Assembly (NCBI GenBank): GCA_002633005.1
Contig: NMRA01000769.1
Location: 84,476 to 148,475 of the forward strand
Origin: Phoronis australis
Lineage: Eukaryota; Animalia; Phoronida
DNA: 64,000 nt
Direction: 5' to 3'
Below the pieces are notes generated by a model that was given only the letters and a program-made list of their open reading frames with translations, was not told the origin of the DNA and searched no databases. The translations under genes and the position numbers were made by a program. Positions 1-12,318 of the stretch are shown piece after piece. Numbering within the stretch: position 1 is the first letter of the stretch; every line of letters starts with the position of its first letter.

Positions 1-1161
1 GGCCGGTCGAACCTAGGAACCAATATGGGTCGAACCAATTTTTTTCGGTGTTAATTTTTTTCTCGTTTTGAAAATGCACTTTGCTATCATCGGAAAGGTA
101 GTACATTCTACTCAGTAAAAATCGAAAAAGTATCAAAACTGGGGCAAGCAGTGTAAAGTTATTGCAAGTTTTGTGGCGAAATTTGGGTCACTTTGTTTGG
201 ATCGCGTCGGCCATATTGGAGGACAGCGGGATAAGTTACGAGTTTAAAACTTTGTGTAAATTGTTTTCGCCAACAAATTACGGTGAAATTTAGTTAGACA
301 TATCTTTACTTACTATTCTGCACGATTTAACAGTGTTCACCAAATTTCAGCCTCGCAGTTGTTACTCATTAAGTGATAAATGTGCTCACAATTCCCGTTG
401 GACTTTCTGGCGGCACCGAAAACATGGCGACTTTTGCTGAACTGAAAGGGCATGTTCAATCGGCTATTTTGTAGTTTGTGAAGATTTAACATTGATACAT
501 TTTGACAAACGTTGCTAAAAAAGAAACTTTGTTCAAATTTCATGTTTTTTGTTCAAAAATATAAGATATATTCGAATTATTTTACTGTAAATTTCCCATT
601 CAGGTGATCTTACACTAAGCTAAAAAAATAGTTGAAATAATTTTGAAATGGTTTTTTGTTTGACTGTCAACTGCTGTTCAAGACTTGATTCGGTGTCCCA
701 AAATGATTCATATTTTTCAAAATTTTAAGTCTCAATTGCTTTCAAGTCATGTTTTGTAACTTATTGCTTCTTAATTCAGGTTATCGCTCAAGTCAACAAT
801 ATGAATAATCTTAATTTGAGAAATAAGCTATGTTGGATTGTGAAGCTTCAAGCCTCTAATTCTTGTTCCTTGCAACTTCGTATTTTTTAAATGATGCTTG
901 TCAAATTCTGGTGTAAGGAAACACTATTCCGTCACCATGGTAATAGTTACATGTATGTCCACTTTCATATCATGGAAACTGTTGCTGTTGAATAGTGTTT
1001 GTAATGCTAAACGTTGTAAAGTATTGTGCATTTTAAGTTACTTATTATGTTAAAAGTTTGAATCATTTTGGCTTAATGAATAAAAAATGATAACATGTTG
1101 TATTGGACTTGTCATACTTATGTGCTCGAACGAGCCCCCTTTTTGGAGAACTGGAAAAGGT

Positions 1162-1557
1162 CTGCCTCAGTCACAGAAGCACGAATTCCGAAAAAAGTAG
1201 AAAATGAGACAATATTCCTCTAGAAGACAGGAAGTACCAAAATTTAGAGTCTGCAATTCATAGCTCTGAACATACCCACTGAATCTTATAGTAAAAGATA
1301 GACATTCCCAAAAATTCCAGCCCCCCATTCTTTTAGGCTTGGTGCACTCATACAAAGTCTGGGAAAATCTCTATTGAAAGCCAACAACTTTGCACAGTTC
1401 GCCAGAAGTACCCAAGTTCTAAATAAACCTCGTTTGAGCGAGCGCTGTGGCCAGCGACCAGTTAGGCCTAAGGGTAGCCTTGGCGCAAAGCTGTATAGGC
1501 CTACTAACAAGCTGTATTTTGACGATAGTATTCACTGGTAGCTGGTGACTGAGGCTA
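1162..1557. mobile_element. Possible non-autonomous element with short TIRs (GCCTCAGTCAC...GTGACTGAGGCTA)
   Basis: Inverted termini, with AAGGTC present in both flanks as a possible degenerate TSD; interrupts another GC-rich repeat. Confidence 0.35.
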
Positions 1558-2309
1558 ACTAAGGTCTGCCGCGGCAGTGTGACACACGACTAACCAGCCC
1601 GTAATTTCATGCAAGTGTCTGAAACTACCCTTGAATGTATGCAGCATTTATGACTTGACCATTTTACTTCGACAAAACAGCTTGCAACCGCATGCATTTA
1701 CCGTTCGCCAGTGTCTGGTCTCGATCCGCACCAGGTCCGATAAGCTGCGGTCCCGAGTTTGGCAAAATAATTTCTGTCAAAATTTTTTCGCCACATTTCT
1801 TCAGCAAATTCGATAAAATTGTCCGTAGTTTGATTTTATTAAAATTAAGGCGCGCTGTCGATTATTTTATCCCCGTTTGCTGGCTGGTAACAGTACAGGC
1901 ATTGCTCCAGTCGCACTGACGGCGTTTTCTCGGCCTGAATGAATTGTACTTCCGGGTTCGCGGCAAGTTCAAAATGGCGGTGGTTCTTCGGGTGCGAATC
2001 GTGAGTGGCGCGTTCATTTAAACTTTTTTCGAGTACGGATTGTGTATTAGTTATGGGGTAAGTACTTCTTGGACCCTTATAACATCCTCTAACCATGTAA
2101 TAAGGGTTAACAACGCGTGAGAGAAGGACTTTAAAGCTGATCATAGGAGTCCCTCTAAAATCCTTTTCGAACAACACTCGTCGTCCTCTATGGAAAGCCC
2201 AATGACAACTTTGAACCATAAATGAGATGATTTTAAGATCTTTGAGGACCATGATGTATCAGGACTTTATTAAACATGTATTGTGTCCTCAATCAATAAA
2301 TTTAAAAAT

Positions 2310-2435
2310 ATTAATAATAATAATAATAACGATAACGAAAACGAAGCGACAACGAGTAATACTATTGATAGCAGTAAAAGCAGTAGTAGCAGTAACAGTA
2401 GTGATAGTAATGTAATAGTAATAAAAATGATAATA
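2310..2435. repeat. AAT/AAC/AGT/AGC trinucleotide low-complexity tract
   Basis: Visible (AAT)n then (AGT/AGC)n runs. Confidence 0.8.
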
Positions 2436-2799
2436 GGTAGCCAAATTCATGTCGTGTCAGCCCGTCTCATTCCTATAGAAGATGTATATGAAAAGTGCAG
2501 CCCAACAGGGTGTTTTTTCATAGAAAGAAAATACTCTCCAAAATGGTGCCATTTCCAACAAAACCATATCTAAAATGTGGCTTTCTGAATTTATGAATCA
2601 GAAGTGTGCGAAATGTGAATTTTTACACAAATTAGTCTCTAAATGGGTCACTTTTTAGTTCGAGCCAACTCTCTAAACGGGTAGGTATTCAAATTTTCTG
2701 GGCGCCACTCCTCATCTAAAAATACTCCAGTATCCCCCGGCCGTGTCAGATACCACTTGTTCGTGATTTTGATCATTTTCTTTGCAATATGACGTGGGT

Positions 2800-2980
2800 T
2801 TCGGAAAATGTAACAATGGTACATTTCTCGCATGTGCGTTCGACGGGAAATGTAACAACTACGTAAAATGTAACAATTTGTTACATTTTAGGAGAGGCTT
2901 AGCAACGTAAAATGTAACAATGACGTAAAATGTAACAGTTGATGCATTTTACGAAATTGTTACATTTTACGGCGTATCAG
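2800..2980. repeat. Direct and inverted AAAATGTAACAA motif array (MITE subterminal-type repeat)
   Basis: At least five AAATGTAACA copies and two inverted TTGTTACATTTT copies. Confidence 0.6.
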
Positions 2981-4335
2981 TTCGCTCACAGTCACTTGCT
3001 TGAAGTCGCTTGAGGTCAGAGGTAACATTTTCTACATAAAGGAAAATGTGCTACGTCTATGTCTTGCCGTACCAAATAAGGAGACGTGCTTTGCCTTGTG
3101 GGAGAAAAATCGACGAAGAGCAGTTGGCAGATCGTTGTTTTGAAATTTGAAACTAAAACAAAATACTTTGATGTGAACAGAAATTAAAAGTCTTTGCGAA
3201 GAAACCATAAAACACCTGGTGTATAGGTTGAATTTTGTTTCAGTGGCAGAAAGCCACTTTCAATATTGCAATTTAGCCTGTTTATAGCGTTCCAGGTCTC
3301 TTTAATACACGTATTAACAATATCGAGGAATCCAACCCACCACAGTAGAGTAGCCGAAGGTTCGCAGAATCGAACCCACCGCAGTAGAACAGCTGAAAGT
3401 TTTGTCCCATTGTCAAATTTCACAACTTTAAGAAAGCAGGGTATTATCAGCGTATTTTAGTGGCACCGGCCCTGATTTTAGCGAATGTCCATAGGCGGAT
3501 CCAGTGGGTCAAGGGGGTGCGGACCTCCTAACAACGGACCTCCTCCAACTAACAGGGAACCTTTATCTATTTGTAATAAAGTCACAAATAAACAACAGGT
3601 ATTTTTGTTTTGTAGCTCTCATTAAAGTTAACTCCAAGAACTCTACTCCATCCAACGATAATGCCGAAATTGAGTTTTTGGACGTAACCCCGGTAATGTC
3701 CCTTTACGAGACGTCTCTGTATAAATGAGATGAAAAGAATAAACATAAATTAGAATAAGTTTTCACGAGCAACACAAATTATATGAAGCAATTTTATAAT
3801 GGAACATTTCGAAAAAAAGTTCGAAATGAGAATGTTTAAAATTAAGACTGACGTTTATTGAAACATTTAGTTACCTCTTACAGTGGGATATCAAGATAGG
3901 TATTTACGAACAACTTGATTTCCTGGAGTTTGACTCCCGTTTTACCACCACCTGCAATTATAGCCCCCCCCCCCCGACAACTGTTTTACTTCCGCCCCTC
4001 TCTGTGATGGTCGAAGCAGGCTAGTTAAACTTTATTTGAGAGGGGGACACAAACGAATGAATTCCACTTGGCCACTATTGCCCCCATGGTCCCAAAGTCA
4101 GATTCCTCTCCTCCGCCAACGAGTGGCTCGCCAATTTCAGCCCCCCCCCAGGCGTATAAGCGTCTGAAATTTGCTGTATTGAGGGTAGCAAATGCCGTGG
4201 GAGAAGCCACTAGGAACTTGAGAACTCAAGCTTCACCAAAATTAAATTAATATTACGTGTGTATGGTATGATTTTGACCTTTGTGTGTATTTAATTTATT
4301 AACTCAACATTACGAGGGTGCCTGAAAGATGTACT

Positions 4336-4719
4336 GTCACAATCTATATAAAGGTAAGTTAAAAACTTCGAGATCCATAGGAATGTGGAAAGCAACAGAA
4401 TCAGCCCAGGAATGAGTAGATGGACCATCGTGTCGGAAACTTTGGTTTTAGTTTCTCCTTACTAGTGAAAGTGAAAATGAAACCAAGATTCGTCTTATTA
4501 TGAAACAGTTTGGGGAAAATTAACTTTATCGGGGTTTTGAGTTGCTTTGGAAGTGTGAGGTTACGAGGGCCCTGGTATACTGAAATAGGAGTCGCGTTTT
4601 GAACTTTGCCATCTCGTGATAGCCTAAGCGAGCATTTTTATCATTTGTGTACGTTTTATTTCCCCTATGTAATCGTGTGCATGTTGTCAAATAAATTCTT
4701 CAAATAAAAACACATGACA
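4336..4719 (+). mobile_element. Possible solo LTR
   Basis: TGTCA...TGACA termini, TATATAAA near the start and AATAAA near the end; no TSD detected. Confidence 0.25.
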
Positions 4720-6892
4720 TAATAAAATTTGTTCTCCAAATACGTCAGAAAACTAATTTGAACAAATTTAAAAAGCTAAGTGCTGGATATATATTAAAAA
4801 TGCTAATAGCAAGGTTCTTAATGTTATCGGTGAAACATACCTGTATGCTTAAAAACTAATGATTATTTCCCTGTAATTAAAAAAACGTTTAATTGGTTTT
4901 GTGGTTTTGATCATTTCTAATGTTATGACCATCTCTATTTACTGTTAGACAGGATGTTAAAATCAAGTCAATCAAATTGGAGCCGATCGTTTTGAAGCCA
5001 CTAAGGTCAGGTCTCCAATTAGGGTTGCAGTTTTGTTTCGTTAATATGGGGTTTCGAATATAATGACAAAATTTGGCATCAAATGAAACATGCTTGGCAA
5101 ACGCGAAAAACGTGTGCAAAATAAACTGATTGGCATTAGACAAGACTGTGCAGTCAATAAAAGCTAATTCTCAAGCAACAGTTGGAAACATAAGTTACCC
5201 ACGTAGCAGAGAATGTGCACCCGCTGTGATGGTTGTGTGCAAAATGGCATCAGAGTACGTGCCTGCGAGCGTTTCTCAGTGAAAGCTGTCTAAGCGAAGT
5301 ATATGCTGATATCCCGTGCAGGGCTCCAAGGACTGTGACAAATAATGACACCGAGTAATGAAATTCCCATTTGACATTCACCCTGGCTACCTATAGGCTG
5401 AAGAGGGGGAAAACAGGATAGCGTTTTCTCCCCAGCCTACTAGTCTGCCTCTACCGACGAAATCCATCAGCGCGACTTTGCCGACTTCATAACCGTACCA
5501 GACTCGATATACAACCTCCAATCAAAACCCAAACCCTTCATTTACCGTAGGTGAATGCGACTTTATAAGTTTCGGATATATCGCCCCCATGGAACTCTCT
5601 AGACGGTGCGGTCAATTTTAAGTCACAAACACAGTTTTTAAATTGCAAATGTCAAAGTTATTAAACTTATGACTTTCGTTTATTTCTTAATAAACGCCCG
5701 GGTGTTGTTACTAAAACACCTAAAATTCTTGCTTCGCATCGGCTAGCCACCGTTCGTGTTGCTTTCATTACAAATAAAAATTCATGTATGTATGTATATG
5801 TATGTATTGCCTATATATCAATGATCCTACTTTTGCACTCTGTATCCCAGGTGCTAGTCCGTCACGTGTTGGTCATAGATCATGTTAGCTTTGATCGTTT
5901 AGTTAATAGGCGACGCAATTCACAAAATATAATTAGCGGGATAGTGAAGGTATCGCAGCCTTGAGAACATGCAACGCAAGTGACAATTGCGATTTTGAAG
6001 GCAAATCCGTTCCAAGTTGAAAAAACGACTCATTTGTTTGTGAATATAGCTTCAATTTGTTTAATTTGTTTCATTTTATCAAGACAAAAGATTCGTAATC
6101 AACAGGATCAAGTACCAATATCCAGCGTGCGTGTTCAGGTGGACACCATAGTGGGACTAGAGCATGTATTTTATCAAAAAGAGAAAAAATAAACTACAGT
6201 CAATAAAGAATTTGTTTCGCTTATCTTGTTGTTTGTATGGAATTGATTCAAAATTGTTCAGAATCTACCCGAATGTAACAGGCGGAAATTAGAAGTCAAA
6301 CTGCGGAGGAAGGCCGAACAAGCTAGCAAGCATTCAAAATTGTCACCAACGAAATTTCAAATCACGACAAAAAGATGAAAAAACCACTTTCGACCTGCCC
6401 TTCCCGCGCCCCATCTCATCTCCTTTTTCAATGTCCGGGAAGTTTCTCGATAACACAATGCCATAATTCCGATTCGAGACCATACTCGACGGGAAGAACA
6501 TCCAACCGAGTACGCGACATGTCCCTACCAACCCATCTTGGCATTGCAGTGGCCCCGAATTTAAATGTGAAACAGTACTCCCTCTTCCTTGTGAGAGAGC
6601 CCATGGACACATTACGTTATTGACCCTGGAATGCAGAGCCTTCGTGTAAACGCGGACAGTCTTTTTTGGTCAAAAACCATGTCTTACACAACTCAGAGCC
6701 AACTTGATCTACATGTAGGTGGTCATTTTGTTAGTTTTCAAAAAGTTCGAGTCGCATTCAATGAGATTAGTTGGCCCACTAACTTGACAAAAATCAGTAG
6801 TTATCGGGAGGCTGTCAGGAACAACCGTACACCCCTTACGTTCGACCCCCATACAATTTGCAAAACTGGGTTCCGTCAAAGAAACGCAGTTC

Positions 6893-7049
6893 TGCCTCCC
6901 GTTCAGTAACGCTAGGACCTCGCTAAAAAGCAAGACTTCGCGAGATTACGTGAGATATTGCTGTGCATTTTAAATGAGAGCACGTGACTTTGACTAGGTT
7001 TTAGCTAGGTCCTAGCGTAGGTCCTAGCGTCTCCTGAACGCACGCCAGA
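6893..7049. mobile_element. ~140-bp MITE (CGTTCAGTAACGCTAGGACCT family), copy 1
   Basis: Internal inverted repeats; homologous inverted copies at 14641-14773 and 62958-63090. Confidence 0.7.
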
Positions 7050-9552
7050 TTTAGACCACATGCGCGTTAAAATTGACATTATCGTGTTCCTTACGCAAAT
7101 CAGATTGAAGTGATTTGTGGGCTTGGAAATTGAACTGGCTGTGTGTTGTTGCTCGAGAATATACACGGTGCATACAATGACACGCCGTGTAATGTGAAAA
7201 GTCAAAAACTTTCCTGGCTTGCTCTCAACTAATAACGAAATGTGATTTATGTTCGCCACGATTCTTTGACGATAGCATGCAGATACTCTGGCTTCAGTAA
7301 TACTTCGACAGACGTACAAAAATAGGAATTTATCATTTAAGAACTCGCCTCTTCATCTTCGTTGTTTTCCCCTCGCAAAACATGTGTCAATATTTTTGTA
7401 CATTCAGATGGGACTAGGGTTGGATACTGGTACTTGTTAATCGGTATGATACCGACCGACACTGATAATTCGATGATTATACTCCTTCGATATCGATGAC
7501 AATGTGAAATATTCTTCGAATACCTTTGGCCTTTTAACCACAAGGGGCTCGACTATACATATTTTGGTGTGCCGCAGGAAAATTCGCTTAGCCACTCTTT
7601 TAGAGTAGGAAAGACATTCAAGGTCAATTTACTTACAAAACCCATTTTGTGTCCTTGAGTTTTTTAGAATGGATTTGCTTCACGGTATTTTTGAATCAGT
7701 TGTAAAATAAACTGCACTCAAATATTAACCAGTCTCATTTTCACGTTTCAATGTGTCAATTTTGACACCGAATTCTGTTAATTTCGATACTGGTATTCTT
7801 TGTCGCGAAATTCGATACAGTATTTATGATCGGCATATGTCCAGAATAACATATAAATGATACGTGCGTCACAGGCTCGTTACCAGAGATGAAAAGGAAA
7901 CCGTGGTAAGGGATATACGGTCATTTATTATAATTAATACAATAACAGGTAATAGACAGTGAAAGTGAAATACAAAATATATAATCTCTGGGCAATAAAA
8001 ATCGCCACAAGAGATGTTGTAAGACAGCTCATGCCCGTCTACAGGGACGCACGGAATGAGAGGAAGGAGTTGAAAAATGTGCAGAACTACTTACAAAAGC
8101 TATCATCCGGATACCCAACCCTAACTCCCGGTGCCAAACCGGAGGGGAGGTACGATTGCCTATGGCTGGAATAGGTGTCAGGTGATGTCTCACCTTGTGT
8201 CATGGCAGGAATAAATGGACACTAAATTAACGGAATAGAAAGTATAATACAGAAAATAAAACAACAAGCTAGTAAATGAAAAAACAAAATCGCCAACAGG
8301 GGGCACATATAAAGTTAGGTTAACCAACAAAGAAGCCAAGTTGTGGTAGACTGATAAGATAAAACTAATGAGTGCATAAAATATAAACAGTGGCCAAAAA
8401 AATGGCTTAAGTCGAGATAGAGTAACAAGACAGAACTAATATGCACTCAAAATAGAGCCTGTGGCCACCAAAATGACTAACAAAGGTAGGCCACAGTAGA
8501 CTAGATGAAATAGAGTAACAGGTGAGAAAATACGAATACAATATATAGCCCCACAGTATTTTCAACCTTAGAGAGAACTGGCGAGGATGCAGACAGGCAT
8601 GCAGAGTAGGTGTATTGTGAACTCATGAACTTTGACATATGATAATTTTGAGTGGGAACAGTTTTCAAAATAAATGGGCATGACAACATCGGGAATTAGT
8701 TAATACGGTACCAACCATGTACGCACCTAGCCTAAAATATAAGGGGTCTCGCATTTTTGAGAATGTGGACCTTTTACTAGCAAAAAAGGGGTATCGAAAA
8801 AAGGGAAAACGGAGCTCCTCCTGAGATATTGTGTATTCGCCAAATTAATGTCTTTTTAGTGGAATGTTGTCTCGCTTTCTCGGACTTTTGTTTCTCTGGG
8901 GCGGACCTTTTTGCATGGGAGCGCGCGTGCCAAGGAAGTTTCTTACAAAGTAAACTGTAGTTTAGAAATGTGAAAGCGTATTTTCTTGTATTAGTTAATG
9001 GAGCTCCGGAAAACTGAGTAAACGGGTGTTTAGTACTTGTATGTGACGAAAATGTACATGTATCTGCATGTGCATTACTCGTATTGCGACCAGAAAAGAG
9101 TTGATGACCAAGAACAAATCCACTACAAACTTTCCTTTATGTCCACTTAAAAAGATGCTACGAAGCAATGTTGGGGACAAGGTGAATGTCGAAAATAAGC
9201 ATCTAAGTTGCAACCTGGAAAAAACGCCAATGTCAACATTTAGTCGAAGAATCGGAGACCAATCATCAGCACTGTAAACTGCAGTGTTCCTCAGACCAAC
9301 CGGGACACACAAATCCACTGCACATCATTTCGCTCAGTCAAATTAAAAGAATTGCCGTCTTAATTTTATTACGTTATATTGTCACAATGATTTGAAGAAG
9401 CGACAATAGACAAACGTCCAAATTATTTGAAAGGCAAAGTTGTAGTGGTTCAGGGGAGAGCGCAATTATGACGCAACTTCAAATGCATATATAGTTTTAC
9501 TTAAAAATTGAACTCATTAGGCTACATTATGTATTCAAAAGCATCAAGATCG

Positions 9553-9684
9553 GTTCTCACTTCCCTCACAGGTAAACGCGACACCTCTCGGCGAGGTAAG
9601 ATCGACTGTATACGATGTGATGTGGATACAGACAGATTCAGTTAGTAAAAAAGACTAATTAATTCGGGTGACATTCTCCTTTAA
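9553..9684 (-). mobile_element. Isolated left-end fragment of the Kolobok-like element at 16928
   Basis: Reverse complement TTAAAGGAGAATGTCACCCGAATTAATTAGTC... aligns with 16924-17057. Confidence 0.75.
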
Positions 9685-10723
9685 GACAGTCGACTTCACG
9701 TTGTGTCTGTTTAAAATAAAGTTGACTGAATTGGAAAATAAAGCATTCAAGAATTAGATTATCCACAATTTCAGTTTGCAAAGCGTCCATTTTGACATCG
9801 AGTAATTTCCGTTTGGATACTTTACCAGTTCTTTTGTTCCGGTATTTGTTTCACTTCCGGCAAAGGAAACCGGTGCTCAACACTATCTCTGATATACTGA
9901 AAGTTGTATATAAGCTAGTGTGTTTGAAAATGACATGCAGTCTGTTGCTTGGTTGACGAGCCTCACTTAAGTGGTGTAAAGGCAAAACGTCAAGAAAAAC
10001 TTCAATAGTTCATCTGGAATTCAAGGTAAGAAATGTGATTTTAGATGGCCTCATATGGCGAAATACAGCTCGCCAATGCGTCTTCCGACTTTAGCCGCCT
10101 AGTCGCCACGAAGTCGCCAGATTTTTGCTTGTTGCAACCAAGTCAGCAGAGGTGGGAAAACCACGAATTCATCATTAATTCGCTTCAAAATTTGTGATAA
10201 CTTCCAAACTCTAAAATTGGCAGCAATTTTCTCAACTAAATTTAGTTCACACTCGTTCTATTTGTTTCAAGAAATCAGTAAATCTGACACCCATTCTCGT
10301 CCCAAAGCTTCAAGATGGCGCAAATCAGTTAGCTACTTGAGGCTCGGTGAGGAGATATCCTTTGCGCTGACTGGCCGGCGTCGACTACGTTCACCCCTGA
10401 CAAGAGCCACACATTCAAATATTTGAATCAGCACGAATACTTAAATATCAGTTCTTGCAGATACCTGTCCTTACTTCTATTTTGAAGTAACAAATGTGAT
10501 TAGTTTATCCAAAAACTAAACAAAATCTAAACCCAGACTTAAACAATTTTCACAGACGTTGTTGCCGCTTCCATTCGTGATGCGGAAGCAGGCGATACTA
10601 TTTTCGTCATTGCTTGAAATACAAGGTGCTCGCGTACTTATAGTCAATTCTGATGAAAAATATCCTGCTTTTGAATTCAAAATGTTTCAAGTTTTCAATG
10701 ATCTAAATCTAAATTACTTGATG

Positions 10724-10812
10724 AATACAGCACATCTGTGACTTTTTGTATGATACTACAGCAAATTTCAGAATACAGCACATTTGTGACTTTTTGTGTG
10801 ATACTACAGCAA
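10724..10812. repeat. ~47-bp tandem duplication
   Basis: AATACAGCACATYTGTGACTTTTTGTRTGATACTACAGCAA occurs twice. Confidence 0.75.
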
Positions 10813-12318
10813 GAGGTGAAAAAAATTAATATCTCTCGTGATATTCCGACGCATTCCGGAAAAACGGGTAAAAATTCTGACAAGTAAATTTCACTTCACA
10901 AAGCTTCAAGTGGCTAAACTGATGATCGCCATCTTGAGTGTCGGGGACGAGGCTGATATGACACCCCGTGCACACATCTGAGCACGCAGGACGTAAACAG
11001 AGAGTCGGAATTGCCGCAAAAAAATTCATATTAAAATTCGAATCCCTAAACTGTATGTCGTTATACTTTCAAATTCAATCTTGGTCAGAACACTGTATGC
11101 ATAGGTGTGTGTTTATGGCCGGTGTGTGTGCGTACATTTCAATAATGTAAATTACATATATTCTCATGACAACATTTTATTAATTTCTGTTTTGATTGCC
11201 CCATTGGAGGACAGAGGTCCTCCCGGCTACTTCTTTATGTGGTTATTCGTTAATATAAATTGACTGTACTTCGGGAGCAAGTTTTCTGTTATACAGAATT
11301 GTTAAATGCACGAGACTTTTCATTGTTCACGGTCTTTATTCCGTTGCGTTCATACTTTCAGAACAAAGCTCTACTCTCAACTGAACACAGTAACTGACCT
11401 AGCAACATAATTAAAAGACATACGAAATTTCGAAACATACTTGTTTCATTCTCAAGTGAAGATGAAATGACGCAGTAATGCCACCACAGAGTATAAGCTG
11501 ACGACACACACAGTGAGACACGGCGGGTGTGAAATTCTGCAAAGAATGACTAATGAAGGGAGGTAACAGGAAAGTCACGCAAACAAGTGTAACGTGCGGC
11601 GCGACCCTGTTTGCTGCTCATTTAAAACAGGCTTCTCATAAGCAATTAAAAGGGACTCTAATACTTTCAAACGCAGCCCTTCTTGCTCCACGTAGCGAAT
11701 ATAAATTATGTATACACGAATTTGTTATATCATTATATGCACTGGTCTGTTTATGTGATAATATTGATCACGCTACAGGAGAGAATGTCCGTCTAACCCA
11801 CGCCGTAAAGTGTTTTAACTCACGACAGGTATTTTTGTATCAACATAAGGGTACGCAAGCGTTTGTAAGCGGTTGTCCGGGTGGTACATTTAAATAATAA
11901 AGGTCATGGAATGACTAACGACAAAACAGAGGAAAATTTTTTACAAATAAATAGGCTTGTATGACTGAAACATTTTTATGATGTAAAATTTAATTGAAAT
12001 GAACGTTTTTGCATGAATAAAGTAAAAAAAAAATGATAAAAAAAGAGACAAAAGAGGAGACTGGAAATCATATAAGAGGAAATCGAAACCAAACAAGAGG
12101 AAATCCCCTTAAAAGAGGAAAATTCCAAGCCCTGTACGCAAGGCCGAAATTTTAGGGGCGGGAGCATAATGTCGTCTTTCATAGACAACAAACTGTAGAA
12201 TTTAAATAATGCAAACGTTAAAGATAATTATAGTCACTATACGAAATCATCTTCAACAGCACTGTGCAATCTGTTTTTCAGGTAACACAAACGAGTGGTG
12301 AAGGATACCTGTTCTAAA

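Noticed and set aside
2283-2573. Asn/Ser-rich ORF
   Set aside because: Translation of a trinucleotide microsatellite.
7860-8690. Possible LTR on the minus strand
   Set aside because: Termini imperfect; no TSD, PBS or partner LTR found.
12274-12287. TTTTTCAG|GTAACA as a recursive splice site
   Set aside because: Weak donor in a short intron context; an ordinary acceptor explains it.
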